A DNA stretch of 64,000 bases from Monocercomonoides exilis PA203 (GCA_001643675.2 LSRY02000030.1:558001-622000); one strand, 5' to 3'. Counted from the first letter of the stretch, positions 1 to 14,335 are shown. Numbers and translations are program-made. Notes: generated from the sequence alone by a model not told the origin.

Positions 1-3000
1 CCAATATCCAAAGCGATGTGTTTGGCAACAAACCATCTCCCCCTTTCACATTCACAACATCCAATTCTCCATCCCCTTCACAAATCACATTCCTTCGCGC
101 TGATGGATATCCCTCAATCGATGGGTTGTTGTTCTCAAACTCTCCTTTCTCAATCTTCAAACTCCCTCCACTCACCCACAACCCTCCTCCCTTGCTCTTC
201 ATAATCGTTGTTTCCCTCATCTCCGCATTGCTGTTTTCAATATCAACCAATGACCCATTCCATTTGCACAATCCCTCTTTTCTATTGTTTTCTTCATTGG
301 CAACCTCGACTTCTTTTTCTCCATCAAACACACATGCCTCAATTCTCACATCCTTGGAATTTTTGATCTGCATCATCCTTCCCTTATCAACAGAATTCAC
401 ACACTTTCCGAATGAGCTGTTCAGCACACTCACATCTTGCTCAGCTTCATCCATCCCAATCACACACCCCTCTAACAACAATGTCACATTCTCAACTCCC
501 ATCTCTTTCATCTCCACTTTCGCTTTCCCTCCAACACTCACAACATCTCCCTCACATTCGATATTCGATATTCTTATTTCATCAATTGTCACATTCGATT
601 CTTCATGGAATGAAAGCACTGACCTTGTTGAATGAATATCCCTGAATGTTGTTTCTGATATCTTCAGCTCTCCACTCTCCACACTCACAATCGAACTGTT
701 CAACTTCATCTCCTCAACTGCTGTTGTTGAAGAAGAGAAGAATTTGCATTCCTGTATTTTTGTCATTCCATTCTTCACTTTCATAAAATAAGTGTGAGTT
801 GACTCAAATCCATCTTCAAACTGGAATGAGCACCTCTCCACTGAACATTCATTCACAAACTCCATCACACAATCCTTCTCTGCTGATTTCTCAATCTTGC
901 AGTTCAATCGAACAATCCCCTCTGTCTTTTTCAATGAGTTCACAACCAGATCTCCAATCACGCACTCCTTCCTCACAACCCCTTCCCCATCAATCAGAAT
1001 CCCATTCATCACCCCTTCCTGGATGTGCTCAACCCCACAGTTGATGCTGAGACATGGATTGCTTTGAGCTCCACACCTTCTGCCATCAGTTCCTGTTGCG
1101 TTCACAAACACTTGAAGCCCATAAAAATAGGTGATTAGCGGAATCAGATCAACAGCTCCCTCGCTCTCAGAATCCCTCCCACAGATGGAGTTGTTTGAAT
1201 TCAATGACTCCTGATTGTAGTTCAGCGCAAACAGTGTTTCGTTGATCTGGTGCTCAATCGAGTGGCATCTGACAAATATGTCTTTCCCCACATGTGCCTC
1301 ATTCATCACAAACAGGATGTTCACAATCTTGAAGTTCAATGGCGGAATCGGACTTTCATTTCCATAATTCGCATGTGGGTCGGACCCATCAATAAACAGC
1401 CCTCCTCCACACCCTGTCTCACTCGAGCACTTGCATATCGAAAATGAGCTCCCATTCACTTTCATCACTGATTCCCCACTCTTCAGCACCACTCTCATCC
1501 CCCCTCCTTCAGCACTCAAACCACTCTTGCAGCTTGACATCGAACACTCATCCATCACACACTCCACCCCATCCTCAAATGATCCCACATCAACAACACT
1601 CGCTCCAATCCCTTCATTCGTGATGTTCGCAAATGAACATCCAACAACCCTCAAAACTGGTATGTTCCCATTTGAAAACACCTTCTTTTCTCCATTCATC
1701 TTGTTCACCTCTTCTATCATCGATATCAGGCTTCTTTCTATCACACCAGCAAATGAAATGTTCACATTCTGAACAGTCACCTCAGATGCACTTGGGCTGA
1801 AACAGATGAACCCTTTCAACTCTGAAATCAAACTCAACGAACACTTTTCAATAAATACACTCCCCCCATTCACTCTCATCAAGCAGTATCCAAAACTTTC
1901 TGCCACCCCTCTCCCTGGGCCAAATGAACAATCTGACACTGACAATAATGTGTTTGTTCCTGTTGACTCAATCAACACTTCATGATGGGTTGTGATGGAT
2001 GGCTTGGTGAATGACACATTCACAAATGACAGACTCACATTCGATGATATCATTGAACCATCATCATCCAATTCATTCTCATCTTCATCACTGATCGTCA
2101 CTCCTGTCCCTTTCTTTGTCCCTTCAATCACCACTTTTGGTGACTCTGAAATTGATGATGAAGAAGAAGATGAAAATGAAGATGAAAATGAAATGGAATG
2201 ACTCAGCAACCCTGATCCCACAATGGAAATATGTGTTTCCCTTTCTCCAAGTGGTTCGTATCTCAGTGATACAAGTGGTCAATCGATGAACATGGCACTT
2301 CCAAATACCCACACCCACTGAAGTCTCCTCCTTTCTCTCGAGAAACAAACCCATCCCCACTCCAGTTCCTCCACAAATACACAACCAGTGGAATCACATA
2401 TCCCTCATCTGTGCTTGCTCTCCCATCCACACAACTCATCCAATGATCTCAGCTCCTCTGAACTCATCTCCCATTTCAGGTGCTCCTCACTCACAATCTC
2501 TCTCAGATCCCATCCTGATACAAACACATTCTTCTCTTTCCACCCATCACATCCCTCAAATTCCATCCCTTCCATCACAAATGTTCCCATCTCATCTGCC
2601 AGCTTCACAAACATCCCTCCTCCCATTCCTCTCCCTCCATCCCCAACATCCTCTCTTGGCACTTCACACCCAGATAATTTCACTCCTTTCATTTCCAAAC
2701 TCCCTCCCTTCCCCACTGATATCTTCATCCCTCCCCCTTTCACCCCACTCCCCCCTGAACACACTGATGACAAATTGCATCCTTCAACATTCACAATCCT
2801 ATTCACACCCATCTCCACATTCAAACATCCTCCTCCTCCTCCAATTCCACCAACAACTTCCACTCCACTCATTCGGCTGTCATTCATCTCCAATGTCACT
2901 CCATTCGAAACAACAATTGGTGATTTCCCACTCATTCTCACTCCCCCTTCCATCACAAATCCATCCACAACCAACCCTCCTTCCTCAACACATATCACAT

Positions 3001-6000
3001 TGAATCCAATCATTTCATCATTGACAAATGAGACTGAACAACTCCTGATTGTGATGGTTGATGATGATGAGGAGGAGTGAATGAATCCATTTCTCTTCCC
3101 ATTCATCTCTTCATTCAGCACAAATGACAAATATCTCATCTCAAATGACTTTGTACACTCAATGAGGTTGTCTTGATTTATCGATCCTTCATCTCTCACA
3201 ATCACCCTCATCCCTTCTTCTTTCCCTGAAACACTCACCCCAAATGATGCAACTTTCATCTCATTCTTTATCAACGATTCTGAGATAATTTCAATCTCAT
3301 TCACATTGCTGCTCGCTCTCTGACTCACACAATAGTCAATCGTCAAACACCCAAACTCCTCAAACCCACAATGGCTCTGATCCAGTGCCCTCTCTCCTCT
3401 CCCATCAACTCTCAGCTTTGTCCCGATTGAACACAAATACACAAACAGCGGAATCACTTCCCCTTCTCTCCCGTCCTCGCTCCCACACAACTTCAACACA
3501 TCTGTGGGAATCACACCAAAATCAAAAAATGAAAATGAGCTCCCATTCACTTTCGACTCCAACAACACTCCTCCACCACATTCAACAAACACATCCTTCC
3601 CATATGAAGCTTTGTTATTCTCCCCAAACATAAACAAACCCTCTCCTCCAGACTCCATTTTCATTGAACCATCCCTGCTCTCCATCACAATCATCATCCC
3701 TCCCCCTCTCCCTTCACTTCTCCCTTCTGAACTCTCCCCTGAACCCTTCGCCTCACACCCATCAATCACACAACTCCCATTCACAACAACACTCCCTTCC
3801 CCCTTCACAACAACACTCATCCCTCCTCCTCTTCCACCAACACACCTGCACCCCTTCACAACACACGATTCAATCACAATTATCCCATTCTTCCCCTCAT
3901 CTCTCTCTGCTCCAACCACTCCACTCACCCATCCCCCATCTCCACTTCTCTTCTCAATGTTGTTCACCTCACATCCACAAAACACAACTGATTCCACCCC
4001 TTCGCCAAACTCAATCAGTGAATGTTCCCCAAATGTCAAGGTCTCTCTGATCACCAATCCCTCCACTTTCACTTTTCCCCCAACCACATTCACAAAACAA
4101 TATCCAATGGAATTCTCGGATGAACAAACAACAGAGCAGTCAGTAAGTGTGAGGAGTGTGGAATTGGATGTAATCAGAGATGATGATGATGCACCAGATA
4201 GAGCAGATGGAATACAGAACTTGATGTTTCTGATTGAACATTTGCTCTGAACCTCAATCAGACAAGATGACTCAAAATTCTCTGGTGCTTTCACCCCAAC
4301 CTCCATCCCTTTTCTCGCACATGAAATCTCCCATTCATTGCCATCTGTCATTCCAACTGCCTCACAAAGCTCATATCCTGAATCCAATTCGATCTTCTTG
4401 TTTGTGTCTGCATATCTCATCTGCGCTGCATGCGTGATGGTGGCACACGGATAATAGTCGAACCCACAGAACCACGAGTCGTATCCACCTAGCCCATCCT
4501 TCCCCTTCCCCACATGTGCTGCACTGGGATATCTGTCCAAATACACATTCAGTGGGAACAGCCCCATTGTTGTGTCACTCCGATCATATCCCGCCAGCTC
4601 ATTGTATTTTGATTCATCATGTTGGACATCCAGCTTTTCTGTTGTTATTCCCCAGCTCGCTGAATTGCTCCCATTCACAAACACATAATTCCCTCCCAAT
4701 GAGGCAGAACACCCTGAAAAGTCAACTGACACAATCGAGAAGTCAATCGAGTTTTCAGCCAGATACAACATCATCCCTCCTCCATATTTGCCACTTTTGC
4801 ATCTGTTCATTGTTGTTGTTCTTTCAACCTGAAGCTTGCTCGTATCTGTTTCCAACTCAACCTTGATCCCTCCACCACTGCCATTCTCACATTCACAATC
4901 CTCGATTGTCACATTCTGAACAACAAATGTCTCTCCTGCCTTCACATTCTTTCCCACAACCACCCCATCTCCTTCTGTCAACTTCACATTCCTCACAGAC
5001 AAGTTCGCCAACACGCTCTCTCCTGATGCTGTGGATGACAAAAATAGAGCAGATGACGACAATGAAGATGGTGTTATAATAGGTTCAGAGAACAATGATT
5101 TTGAGACATTCATATTCTTGATCTCCACACCAACCATCGACAGCTGTAACAGCGGCACCACAAACACTGAAGAAGATATCATATATTCTCCAATATTGCT
5201 CGTGGTGATCACAACATCCTCCAATGAGAGTGACCCACTCCCATCAGACACCACAACCACACTCGGCGAAGGATTTGCATTTGAGTTGCAATCAACCTTC
5301 ATGTGCAATAAACCAAGTTGGCCTGTTGTCGCACTGAACAGCGCTCCAGTTGATGAAAGGGCTCCTGTTCCAATCGAACTCTTCTCTATGCCTATCCCAA
5401 TGACCGAAATCTTCTTTTCTCCAATCTCAATTGTTGTCACCTCGCTCGTATGATTCCCTTCCATCAGTGTGATTGCCAAGCTAATTTGCACCTCACACAT
5501 TTCAAACGCCTTATTCACTGTCAGACACGGATATGTTATGTTTGCTCCACAAAGCGGAGTTGCATCGTTCCCATTCACTGAAACATAAATTGTCTTGTCC
5601 TTCAGCCAATCCTTTTTTGATGTTTGGTCATGTGTCCAACTCCCTGAGTCAGAATATTTATATGCATAGCACACTCTCTTTTCATCTGTATTTGTTGAGC
5701 AACATTCTTTGAACGGAATACTAGAATTCAAATAAACATTGTGAGCATAAACAAAAAATACATCGTGGCCATCTGGAGGGTTTTTCAGTCCTTTGCATTC
5801 ATGAAAAAATATTAAATAGCAAAAACACCCATCACTTGGAAGTGTTTCTCGATTAGGTTCAAATCTCATTCCCCCACCTTGTGATGAAGCTTAACAGGAG
5901 ATAAACTGTACGCTCCTCATTTTGAACACTGCAGGTATATTCGAGCAATGCATGCCTCCCCCAGCTGATGCATTCACTGAACATGAGGCGAAACGGCAAT

Positions 6001-7465
6001 CAAAAATGCATGCGCTTTCTCCTTTTCCGTTTTCCTCTCCAATACAGTCAGGTCCCGAAACCTGAAAAGAATATAGATAAAGCCCTCCTCCATATCCAAT
6101 TGCTTTACAATCCTGGAATTCACATTCGCTGATCCGAACTCACGAAGATATGTAATAAACATAGACCCCTCCTCCGTGATTATTTCGAGCCATACAGCCT
6201 TTAAACATATTATTTTCAATATGAACTGACTTTATTGAACAGCACAAAATACCGCCTCCGTATGCATATGCAGTGCATCCATTGAAAGAGCAATGAGAAA
6301 CAATAAGTTCACCATTCTCCAGATTGTGCATGCAAATTGCTCCTCCACTTGAAGTTCCATCAGTGAATGAATCGCTTGTTCCTGTTGTATTTGATCCATT
6401 CCATTCACACCAAACAAAAATGTTTGCTCCATCATCTGTCACATTTTGTCTCCCTGGATGCTTCTTATTATCTTCAGTTCCTGTGCATTCAACATTTCTT
6501 GTCCGACAACACCCAACGAATGAGGTATTTGAAACAGATAATGAAGCCAAGGGGTTGTTCAGAGAATGAACAATTCCACCATCATATGCATCACAAACTG
6601 ATGAAAATGAGCAACTGTTCATCAAACATGTGGTTTGGGTTGACGAAGTTGCTGGAGATGAACAATCCAAAGATGCTGTTGAAATATTGAAAAATTTCAT
6701 ATCGAAAAGTGAAAAACTTCTGATTGTTGCAGATCCAAAAAGAGGAGCAGATGATGCGCTAAATGATGAAAAGAACGATGAACAGATAAAAACACAGCCA
6801 CGATCAGATATTTCATGTTCAGCAACATTCGATGAAAAAAGTGGTGAGACTTTTGACGAAAAAGGATTTGAAGGTCTCAATGTGATGTTTGTCATCATTC
6901 CGCTGCTTCCAGCAATTTCGAAAATGGACTTTTCACAGCCAACGACAACTTCACATGAACTCAAAACAACATTGCTTCCTTCTCTCCATCAAATAACCGA
7001 TGTCCCATTCCCGCACTCCAAACTCATTCCTCTCCATTCAACAGAACTGTTCTTCAAATCAAAAACTCCATAAATCTGGCACAGCCCAATTTCCTCAAAT
7101 ATCACTTGCCTCATTTGATTGTGCTCATCAACATTGGATGCAAATGAATTCATGTTTCTGTCTTTTTCAAGCCAAAGCACTTTCCCTTCTTCATTTTCTC
7201 CATTTTTCTCATCTTTGCTTCTTTCTTCTCTTTTTTCCTTCTCAATTTCGTCTTGAAATGCATTGTTCATCTTATTATTAATATTCCCACTGCTTTTGTC
7301 TTTCGGCTCCTTTTCAGTGAATATGCTTCCCTGTGCAGGAATTATTTTCTCGCTTTTGAAACAGTCATTCTCATTCGCACCCTCAACACTTGAATCAAAT
7401 AAATAATGTTGACGTTGAATGCTCCATCCAAGTTCCACCAATGCCAAAATCATAATGAGCATCAT
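1..7465 (-). pseudogene. Giant secreted Cys/Gly-rich beta-helix-like (pectin-lyase-fold/adhesin-like) protein of an expanded family; disrupted, 3' end runs off the window
   Basis: ORFs 6989-7465 (signal-peptide-like MMLIMILALVELG), 6140-6964 and 2405-5869 and the open frame from ~2270 to position 1 share one frame. They are separated by TGA 6989-91, TGA 6140-42, TAA 5891-93 and two offsetting frameshifts at ~2410 and ~2272. Repeated GGG/C-x-x-x-x-x-GGG motifs and repeated 'G-D-x-x-CG....PC-x-TI' modules; paralogous to 63227-64000. Confidence 0.75.
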
Positions 7466-8189
7466 TGGTGTGAATTGCCTTTTTTTACTTTTTGCTTATA
7501 TTCTTATTTTATAAAGGGTATAATTTGATCATTCTTTTTTTTATTTTCTTTGAATCAAATACTTTTGATATCCCTGAGAAAATAAGTGTCAAAAGATAAT
7601 GAAGTCATGAAATAAAATCAAAATTGAAAATGAACAGGATTCTCGATTTTTCATAATTACACCAAAAATTATTTAACACCGAATATTATATATCATCAAA
7701 ATTTTTGAAAGAATTTTCAAAATTCAAATACTTGTCTGTTGTTATTCTTTCAGAGAAAAATATGAGAAAATAATAAATTTAAATCAGAAAAAAACAATTT
7801 TGATGTATTTTGATGTTCGTGAGCAATTTCGTGATTAGGGGAAAGTTGTTTATTAATAAGGTCTGCACACGAGCTCGGGAGATAATAAGTGAATTTCACA
7901 AAAAAAGAAATAAGATAGGATAGTTTTTAATCTTGTTATTGACAAAAAAAACAGAAATTTATCTCATTCATAGAAAACGAAATATTTTGAATTTCATTTA
8001 TTGAATTTGCAACTGATAAAATAAAACATTTTCGATATTTAATTTGATATTTTCAAATTCGTATAATACTTTTTCGATATTGTTTTAAAGTTTTACTATC
8101 TTGAATAAAAGTTTTTTGATGCTGAATCATTTTTGGTGTATTTTCCTTAAACGCATTTCTTCTTCGCAATCTTTCAAATTGTTCAAAAT

Positions 8190-8500
8190 CTCACTTCAAA
8201 AATTGATGATATGGGTGATTTTTTTTGATTTCATAAAAAAAGATCAAAAATCAAAAAAAAATAAATTCTATTGTGGTATTTTCTGATCAAAAAGAATAAT
8301 TGATTTAATGCAAGTGATCAGCTTTAATAACCGTGATGTGTATGTGTTTTATTAATTTATAAAAAAACATACCTTTTTATGTATTCAGTGAATATTCTAT
8401 TTATCGATCAAGAAAAATAAAGGTGTTAAATTAAAAAATAAAACTGTTTTCGATAAACGTCAAGTTTCTCAGATTTCCAAACGGTAGTCATGAATTAAAA
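8190..8500 (+). repeat. Dispersed AT-rich repeat, probably a non-autonomous transposon remnant (copy 1)
   Basis: 8190-8415 aligns by eye (roughly 70%) with the reverse complement of 29812-30040, e.g. GATATGGGTGATTTTTTTTGA...AAGATCAA...TATTGTGGTATTTTCTGATCAAA. Weaker similarity continues to the reverse complement of ~27060-27170. Confidence 0.6.
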
Positions 8501-8905
8501 AACTTTGAAAGATTTTATTGAAACGGTTTGCTAAAAAGAATGTTTCAATAAATCGATTTATATTTTTTGACTTAATAAAGCAATTGGTTTTATTCACTCA
8601 ATTTTTTTCTTCAACTGAAATATCATAACAAAATATCAGTCCTTTCTTTTCGATTCTGTTGCTTCATCAAACGTTGAATGAAATACGAGGAAATCAATAA
8701 TCAATGAAAAAAACTGATTCGAACTCGTCTTTTCTCTCTTTATTCTTCTCATCACTTTTCCTTCCCGCATCCTTTTTCATCCTCTCTCATCTTCCTTCAA
8801 TATCTACTCTGCTTCTAAAAATTCTCCTTTTGAAAATGCCTCTGACGTTGCTTGATTCCTTTCCAGCACTTTCTGTGTCATTCTTCTCGTTGCATTCCTC
8901 AATAA

Positions 8906-10933
8906 CTACAATTGCTTGTTAATCTCTTCTGGAAACAAATTTTCTTTTACACAAAGATCATTGGTCGCTGTGTGAGCGACGAGGTGAGCAAAGGAGGAGG
9001 ATGAAGAACAACAATCCGAGGAATTTGAGGAAGAAGAAGAAGTTGTTGTTGTTGTTGCTGCTGTTGTGTTTGAATGAGAAAATTGCTGAGGATGTTGCTG
9101 AGCAGATTGAAGAGGAGGAGAATAAATACTCTCAGTCATCTTCAAATTGTCAGCATTGTCAGACGAAGAAGCATGAAAAGGCATAATTAGCTGCTGAGGT
9201 GTGATTTTAGAAGAAGGTGGAGGAAGAGACGAAGCCATAGGTTTGAGTGTGTGGTGACTGTCATTATTTCCAATTTGTGAATGCTGCTGAGTTTGAAAAG
9301 AGTCTTCAGTGCGCATTTGGAAAGAAGAAGAAGAAGAAGAAGAAGTGAATGAAGTTTATGAGCAGGCAGAAACAAATGTTGAGAAAGTGAATGGTGTTTC
9401 GATAATTTGCTGCTCAGTCCTTCTTCGATGTTTGATTTCAGGTAAAAAATCTGAGTAAAAAGTGGTTAGAATCGTTACAGGCCTATTCTTCTCTTTTGTC
9501 ATTTTGATCTTTTCTTTTGCTCCTCTTTCTTTCTGAGCCTTTCTAATTTCTTTGTCAAATCCATCTTCTTCTTCTTCTTCCTCTTCTTCTTCATCTTCAT
9601 CTTCATTTTTCTCATTATCTATGTATTTATCTGTCAGACACAATGATCCCTTTTCATCTTTATCACTCACAAACTCATTTGCATTCCTCTTCTCATCCTT
9701 CTTCTCTCCCTTCCCTTCCTTCCCCTCCTTCTCTCCACCCACCCGAATCACCTGGCTAGCCACATACGCTGCATGGTTCAGTGCCATCCTCTGCTGCTCA
9801 GCACATCCCTCGTTGCTGACGCGATGCTGCTCGCAAACACATCTGCATTGGATAATCTGTTCTTTCCAAGTATCTCACAAGGAATGGGCAGCAAGAAGAA
9901 GGAAATGGAAGAACAAAGGGAAGAAGATGCAGAGCTGGGTTAAGTTATGACAAGAGATTTCTGTGCGAGAGAAGAGGAGTATGTAGCTGGAGATGAATGA
10001 GTGAGTGGCTCTGGAGGAGTTCCAACAAGATCAGAAGGGGCAGACAATTGTGTGTGCAAAAAGGGAGAAAAAGGAGGAGCAGCAAATGTTAAGGATACCT
10101 TGATGTTTTCAACGTGTAACTTAGCAGATGAGAGTGAGCTGTCAAACGAGTAAAATGTCTGCTGCTGTTCATCATCATTTTCATCACCTCCTCCTTTTAT
10201 TCCCATGTCCCTCCTCCTTTCTGTTGATGCCCGTGAAAGTCTTGTGTCGAAAGTGCCAATTTGATATATGAAAAACTCCTCTTTCTCTTTTGTCTTCGTC
10301 TTCGCCTTTGGCTCTTCCTGTTGCCTCCCTTTCCTCTCCTCTGCACTCAATTTGCTTCTGAAATCCCCCTTCTCTGCCTCTTCCATTTGAACTCGCACTC
10401 CTCTCTCTTCGCTTCTTGGCGGTGTTATAAAGCAAGTGGATGAACGCAATGTACCAAACAGCTCCTTCCCTCTTCCACTGCCATTTCTCATTCGATGTCC
10501 ATTCACTCCATCCAGCACAGCCGGAGAGCGGAAGTCGTCCAAAGTGCAGAAGCATGGAAGGATGACCGCTGCAGAAGAGAAGAGGGTTCGAATGCACATT
10601 CAGTGAAGCTGCAGAATGCATTGATTGCGATGATGATGAAAAAGAGAATAATGAAAAAGGAGGAGGATGGGAAGAAGAAGAGGAGGAGGAGGAGGAGGAG
10701 GAGGAGGAGGAGGAAGAAGAAGAAGAAGAATTAAATGAAGAAGAAGAAGAGGAAGAGGAAGATGGAAAAGGAAGAAGATGACGATGAATAAGAATAAGAA
10801 GAAGAAAGAGAGGAAGAGGATGATGAAGAAGAAACAAAAGAAAGCGAGACGAAGATGAAGGTGAAGAAAAAGAAACAGTTGAGAAATTTGAAATCAGTTG
10901 AAAGATATTTGTGAAGTTAAGAATAAATTGCAT
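8906..10933 (-). pseudogene. Degenerate low-complexity (Ser/Glu-rich) protein-coding region, product unknown
   Basis: Chain of same-strand ORFs (9940-10599, 9356-9787, 8906-9316) with coding-like composition, broken by stops and frameshifts; no domain recognised. Confidence 0.35.
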
Positions 10934-12899
10934 GAAGTCGTTTGCTGGACAAAATATTGAATTAGATGAGTTGATTCGAGAAAAAGTGAATAATCGTTAT
11001 CACAACACTTGAAAAAGGCTAAAGGAAATTGATTGATGAAAAATGGTATTCTCAGTTCGTTGATTGAATTTTTGCAATTGTTCTGCACTTCACTTAGAAA
11101 CAAAAAATGAAGATATTTCTTAATTTCCTTCCTCTTCCATTTTTCCATCTTCCATTCAGCTCACAAAATTCTCTGAAAATATCAATCCCCTCCTTTTCTT
11201 CATCTTTCGCAGTTTCTTCCATAAAACATTCTTCTCCTCTCATAAAAAATACCCCTCTTCCATTTGAACACTTCAGAATATTCTTCTTCCTTCCCGCTTT
11301 TGACCTCTTTTCCTTTTTTTCATATTCCAATTCTCCAATTTGTCTCAAATATCTTCCACACCATCCCCAGTCACTTCTCTATATATTTACTATATTATCT
11401 TCTCAAAATCTCCACCCACTCTTCCTCAGCCCTTTGCCTCAGAATTTCAATCAATCAAAAACCCCTCTCGAAATATTTTCATTCCAAAAAAACACTCAAC
11501 TCCCACCCCCTGCCACAAAAAGTATTCTTCCATCTCTTCTCTGCCTTATATCCCTCCTGTGCCTGGTGTTCATGAGATAAACATCAAATATTGATTTGGA
11601 TGTTTGAGAATATTATTAAAGGAGATGATCATGACAAAAACAGAAAAAACACCTCTGCATATCCACCGCGATGTGTACGGGCTGAGAAGACCCTCCAGCG
11701 AGATACACGATGTATTTTGTGGAGATGCATTCCATGCTGCGATTCAACCATTCTGGTGCTGAAATGAAGAGATTGAATTATTTTGAATGATGATGGCTGT
11801 GGAAATGAGTGTGTTTTGCAAAATACAGTCGAAGGGCAGTTCGGTCTTTATTTATTTTTCTATATATGAATATTAGCCTTTTGATGTTTTTTGTGTTTCT
11901 TTCAGGGCAGGCGGCGGAAAAGAATGAAAATGAATGAAAGCGGGATATCTCGTTGTGCAGGGTGGCTATGGAGTTGGGAGAGCGAATTCATATGGAAAGA
12001 ATGCATGATGGAAGGATTGGGAAGGAAATTGAAGATGTGAATTTTTGAAAAAAACCAGGACGCTCTGAATTGAGATAGATAGAATTAAGCTTAATGAATA
12101 AACTTCACATTTTTGGAAGGGAAAGAAATCTACACATTTTTGGAGAAATAACTGTTAGAAAGGATAATTGGAGAATCAGTTGCTAAAACTGGAAAATCGA
12201 TTGATTTCAACAAATTTGCTTCGATTTTTAAAATCAATTTTTTTATTTCTTTGTTATATCATAATTTAACAGCTTTTTTTTATTTAAGATATTGATAAAT
12301 TTTGTATTGTGATTATTGTTATCATGCTTTTTGATCCAGTAAACTAATATTTTGCTCTGTTTATTAAAGTTTCGATATTTTTTGAATAACTTTTTATGTT
12401 TTTTTCAAAATATGAAATACAAACAATTGGAAACAAATTAAAATTAACAAATAATTTACAATAACAATATATAAATGTGTATTTTCTCATTATTTTTCAA
12501 AAATATTTTTCTTTAAATTTATCCCTTTATGAAATAATTTTTTGATCAAACGTCGGAATTTTTTATGATATCAAAAAAAATCACCTTTGTGGGTAATTAT
12601 TTTTGATAACAAATTTTTTCCATCAAAAGTTACAGTTTGAACATCAGTAATGAATTTACGTATACGAACCCTGAAATATTAAAGATCTCTTCAATGAAGC
12701 ATCTCATTTTCTTTCAAGTCAAACTTTGGATTTTGAAATAATAGATTAGACATGTGTTACAGATTAAATAATTCTTGTCACGTCCGTCTTTTATTGAAAA
12801 TCCACGTCATTATTGGTTTTTTCAAAAAGTCCATTTATTTTTATTGATTTTTTGGGGATCACATAATTCAAATCGATTCATATCAATTAATTCATTTTT

Positions 12900-13200
12900 T
12901 TAAAGACGAACTTTTCTTTGTTTCATAAATAAAATCTAAATATTTTTCCACTTGATACTGACTTTTTTTGGAAGTCACTGACTTCACTTACGGTCTGATG
13001 ATCAAATAATTCCCATTTTGACTTTTTGTTAATATCCTTTTGGAAAAACGTATTCTTATTCTTCGCAAATTTGAATTATTGTTTAACAATAATTTCATTT
13101 ATTTATATTGTTTTCATTGTTGACGTTATAACGTGAACATCAAACTCGACCCATCAGGAAACCAATTGTTCCTGTCAGTGGTTGCAAAACAACACATATT
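12900..13200 (-). pseudogene. Possible highly decayed USP-domain remnant similar to the USP in the Sola-like element
   Basis: Minus strand reads LFCNH*QEQLVS*WVEF (cf. IFCEQCQGFENSKKWTEI at ~17800-17850) and SKWELFDHQTVSEVS...FRFYL (cf. DHWFVCNDSTTNEIS...FSLY). No Cys box found. Confidence 0.35.
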
Positions 13201-13609
13201 CGCGTAAGATAAACATATTAAATTTGAATGAAAATTATTTTGCAAATGACAATGAATTTTCATAAGAAAAAACACCGAAAAAAGATGATTTCAAAAATGA
13301 ACACACATTTTGAAAAAAAAAACGGTCATTAAAGAACAATATTTTCTTGTGAAAAATTCCACTTTATTTTCCCGATAGTCATTCCTATTTTCATGAAGTT
13401 GCTGTGTGCTGTTTTAATTTAACTGTAATTGTTAGTGTTAATAATTGAAAAAAAAATAATTTCTTTAATTCAAATATTTTTGATTTTGATCAAAAAAAGA
13501 AAATAGAACTTGTTTCTGTTCATGTTGGTTCAGAAAGCATATCTGATCAAAATGATGTGTTTTATAACGAATACACAACTTGGAATTATATTCTCATGCT
13601 TCTTTAAGA

Positions 13610-14335
13610 AAAAAAATATTGTGCCGCAAACATAGAATCCAAATGAAAGAATTGTTTAAAACAATATCAAATTTCAGATAACGAAAGTGAACGAAATGTT
13701 TAAAAAAAGACGTCAATATTCAAAGAAACGATTTGAAAGAATTTGAAAGCTTTTTTTGAACTGCATATTTTGATTTGTTTGCACAATTGGTGAAAATTCC
13801 TTCAACAATGATGTCAACTGTACTTAGTGTTGGTGAAAAGATGGTGGGATTTTGGGGGAGCATCATTTGTATGTGCTGTTCAAAATAATGGAATTCTTCA
13901 CAGCGAGTTGTTGGTGGAGAAGGAAAGACAGTTGAAATCGATGAGGCGATATGGAGAAAACGAAAATATGGAAAAAGGAAAAAGAATGATCAGATATGGA
14001 TTTTTAGCTGCGCTGAAAGTCTCGAAGGCAGAGGGGCAGGATCTTTCTTTGTGACCATTGTTCCGAATAGAAAAAAAAATACATTGATTTCAATAATCCA
14101 AAAATACATTCTGCCGAAAACAATGACCATTTCAGACGAATGAAGAGCATATTCATGTTTGGAATCGATTGGATACGGGCATCAAACCGTCTGTCATAAG
14201 AAAGTGTATGTGAACAAAGAGACTCATGAATGCACAAACATGATTGAAGGCCTATTGTCACATTTAAGAGCGTTTTTTCCACGTTTTGGAACTAGAAAGA
14301 AGTCTATTTATGATCATATGGGTAATTTTTTTTGA
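13610..14335 (+). mobile_element. Merlin (IS1595/ISXO2-like) DDE transposase, pseudogenised
   Basis: One frame from 13781: ...VVGGEGKTVEIDEAIWRKRKYGK...QIWIF...IVPNRKKNTLISIIQKYILPKTMTISDE*RAYSCL...GYGHQTVCHK...TNMIEGLLSHLRAFF. These are the ISXO2 motifs VEIDE, SDxW-AY, HxxVxH, TNxIE. In-frame TAA at ~13886 and TGA at the conserved Trp. TIRs not identified. Confidence 0.9.

Noticed and set aside
5891-6991. Stop-codon reassignment (TAR=Gln as in some oxymonads, or TGA=Cys/Sec/Trp) to explain in-frame stops
   Set aside because: Core genes end in TAA (CDK), TAG (CLC, SEC6) and TGA (PRP16). In-frame stops align to different residues (Ser, Cys, Trp) and co-occur with frameshifts, as expected for decay.
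16-7281. Many plus-strand Ser/Pro/Thr-rich ORFs, and similar shadow ORFs over 36-44 kb
   Set aside because: Antisense shadows of minus-strand genes with biased composition.
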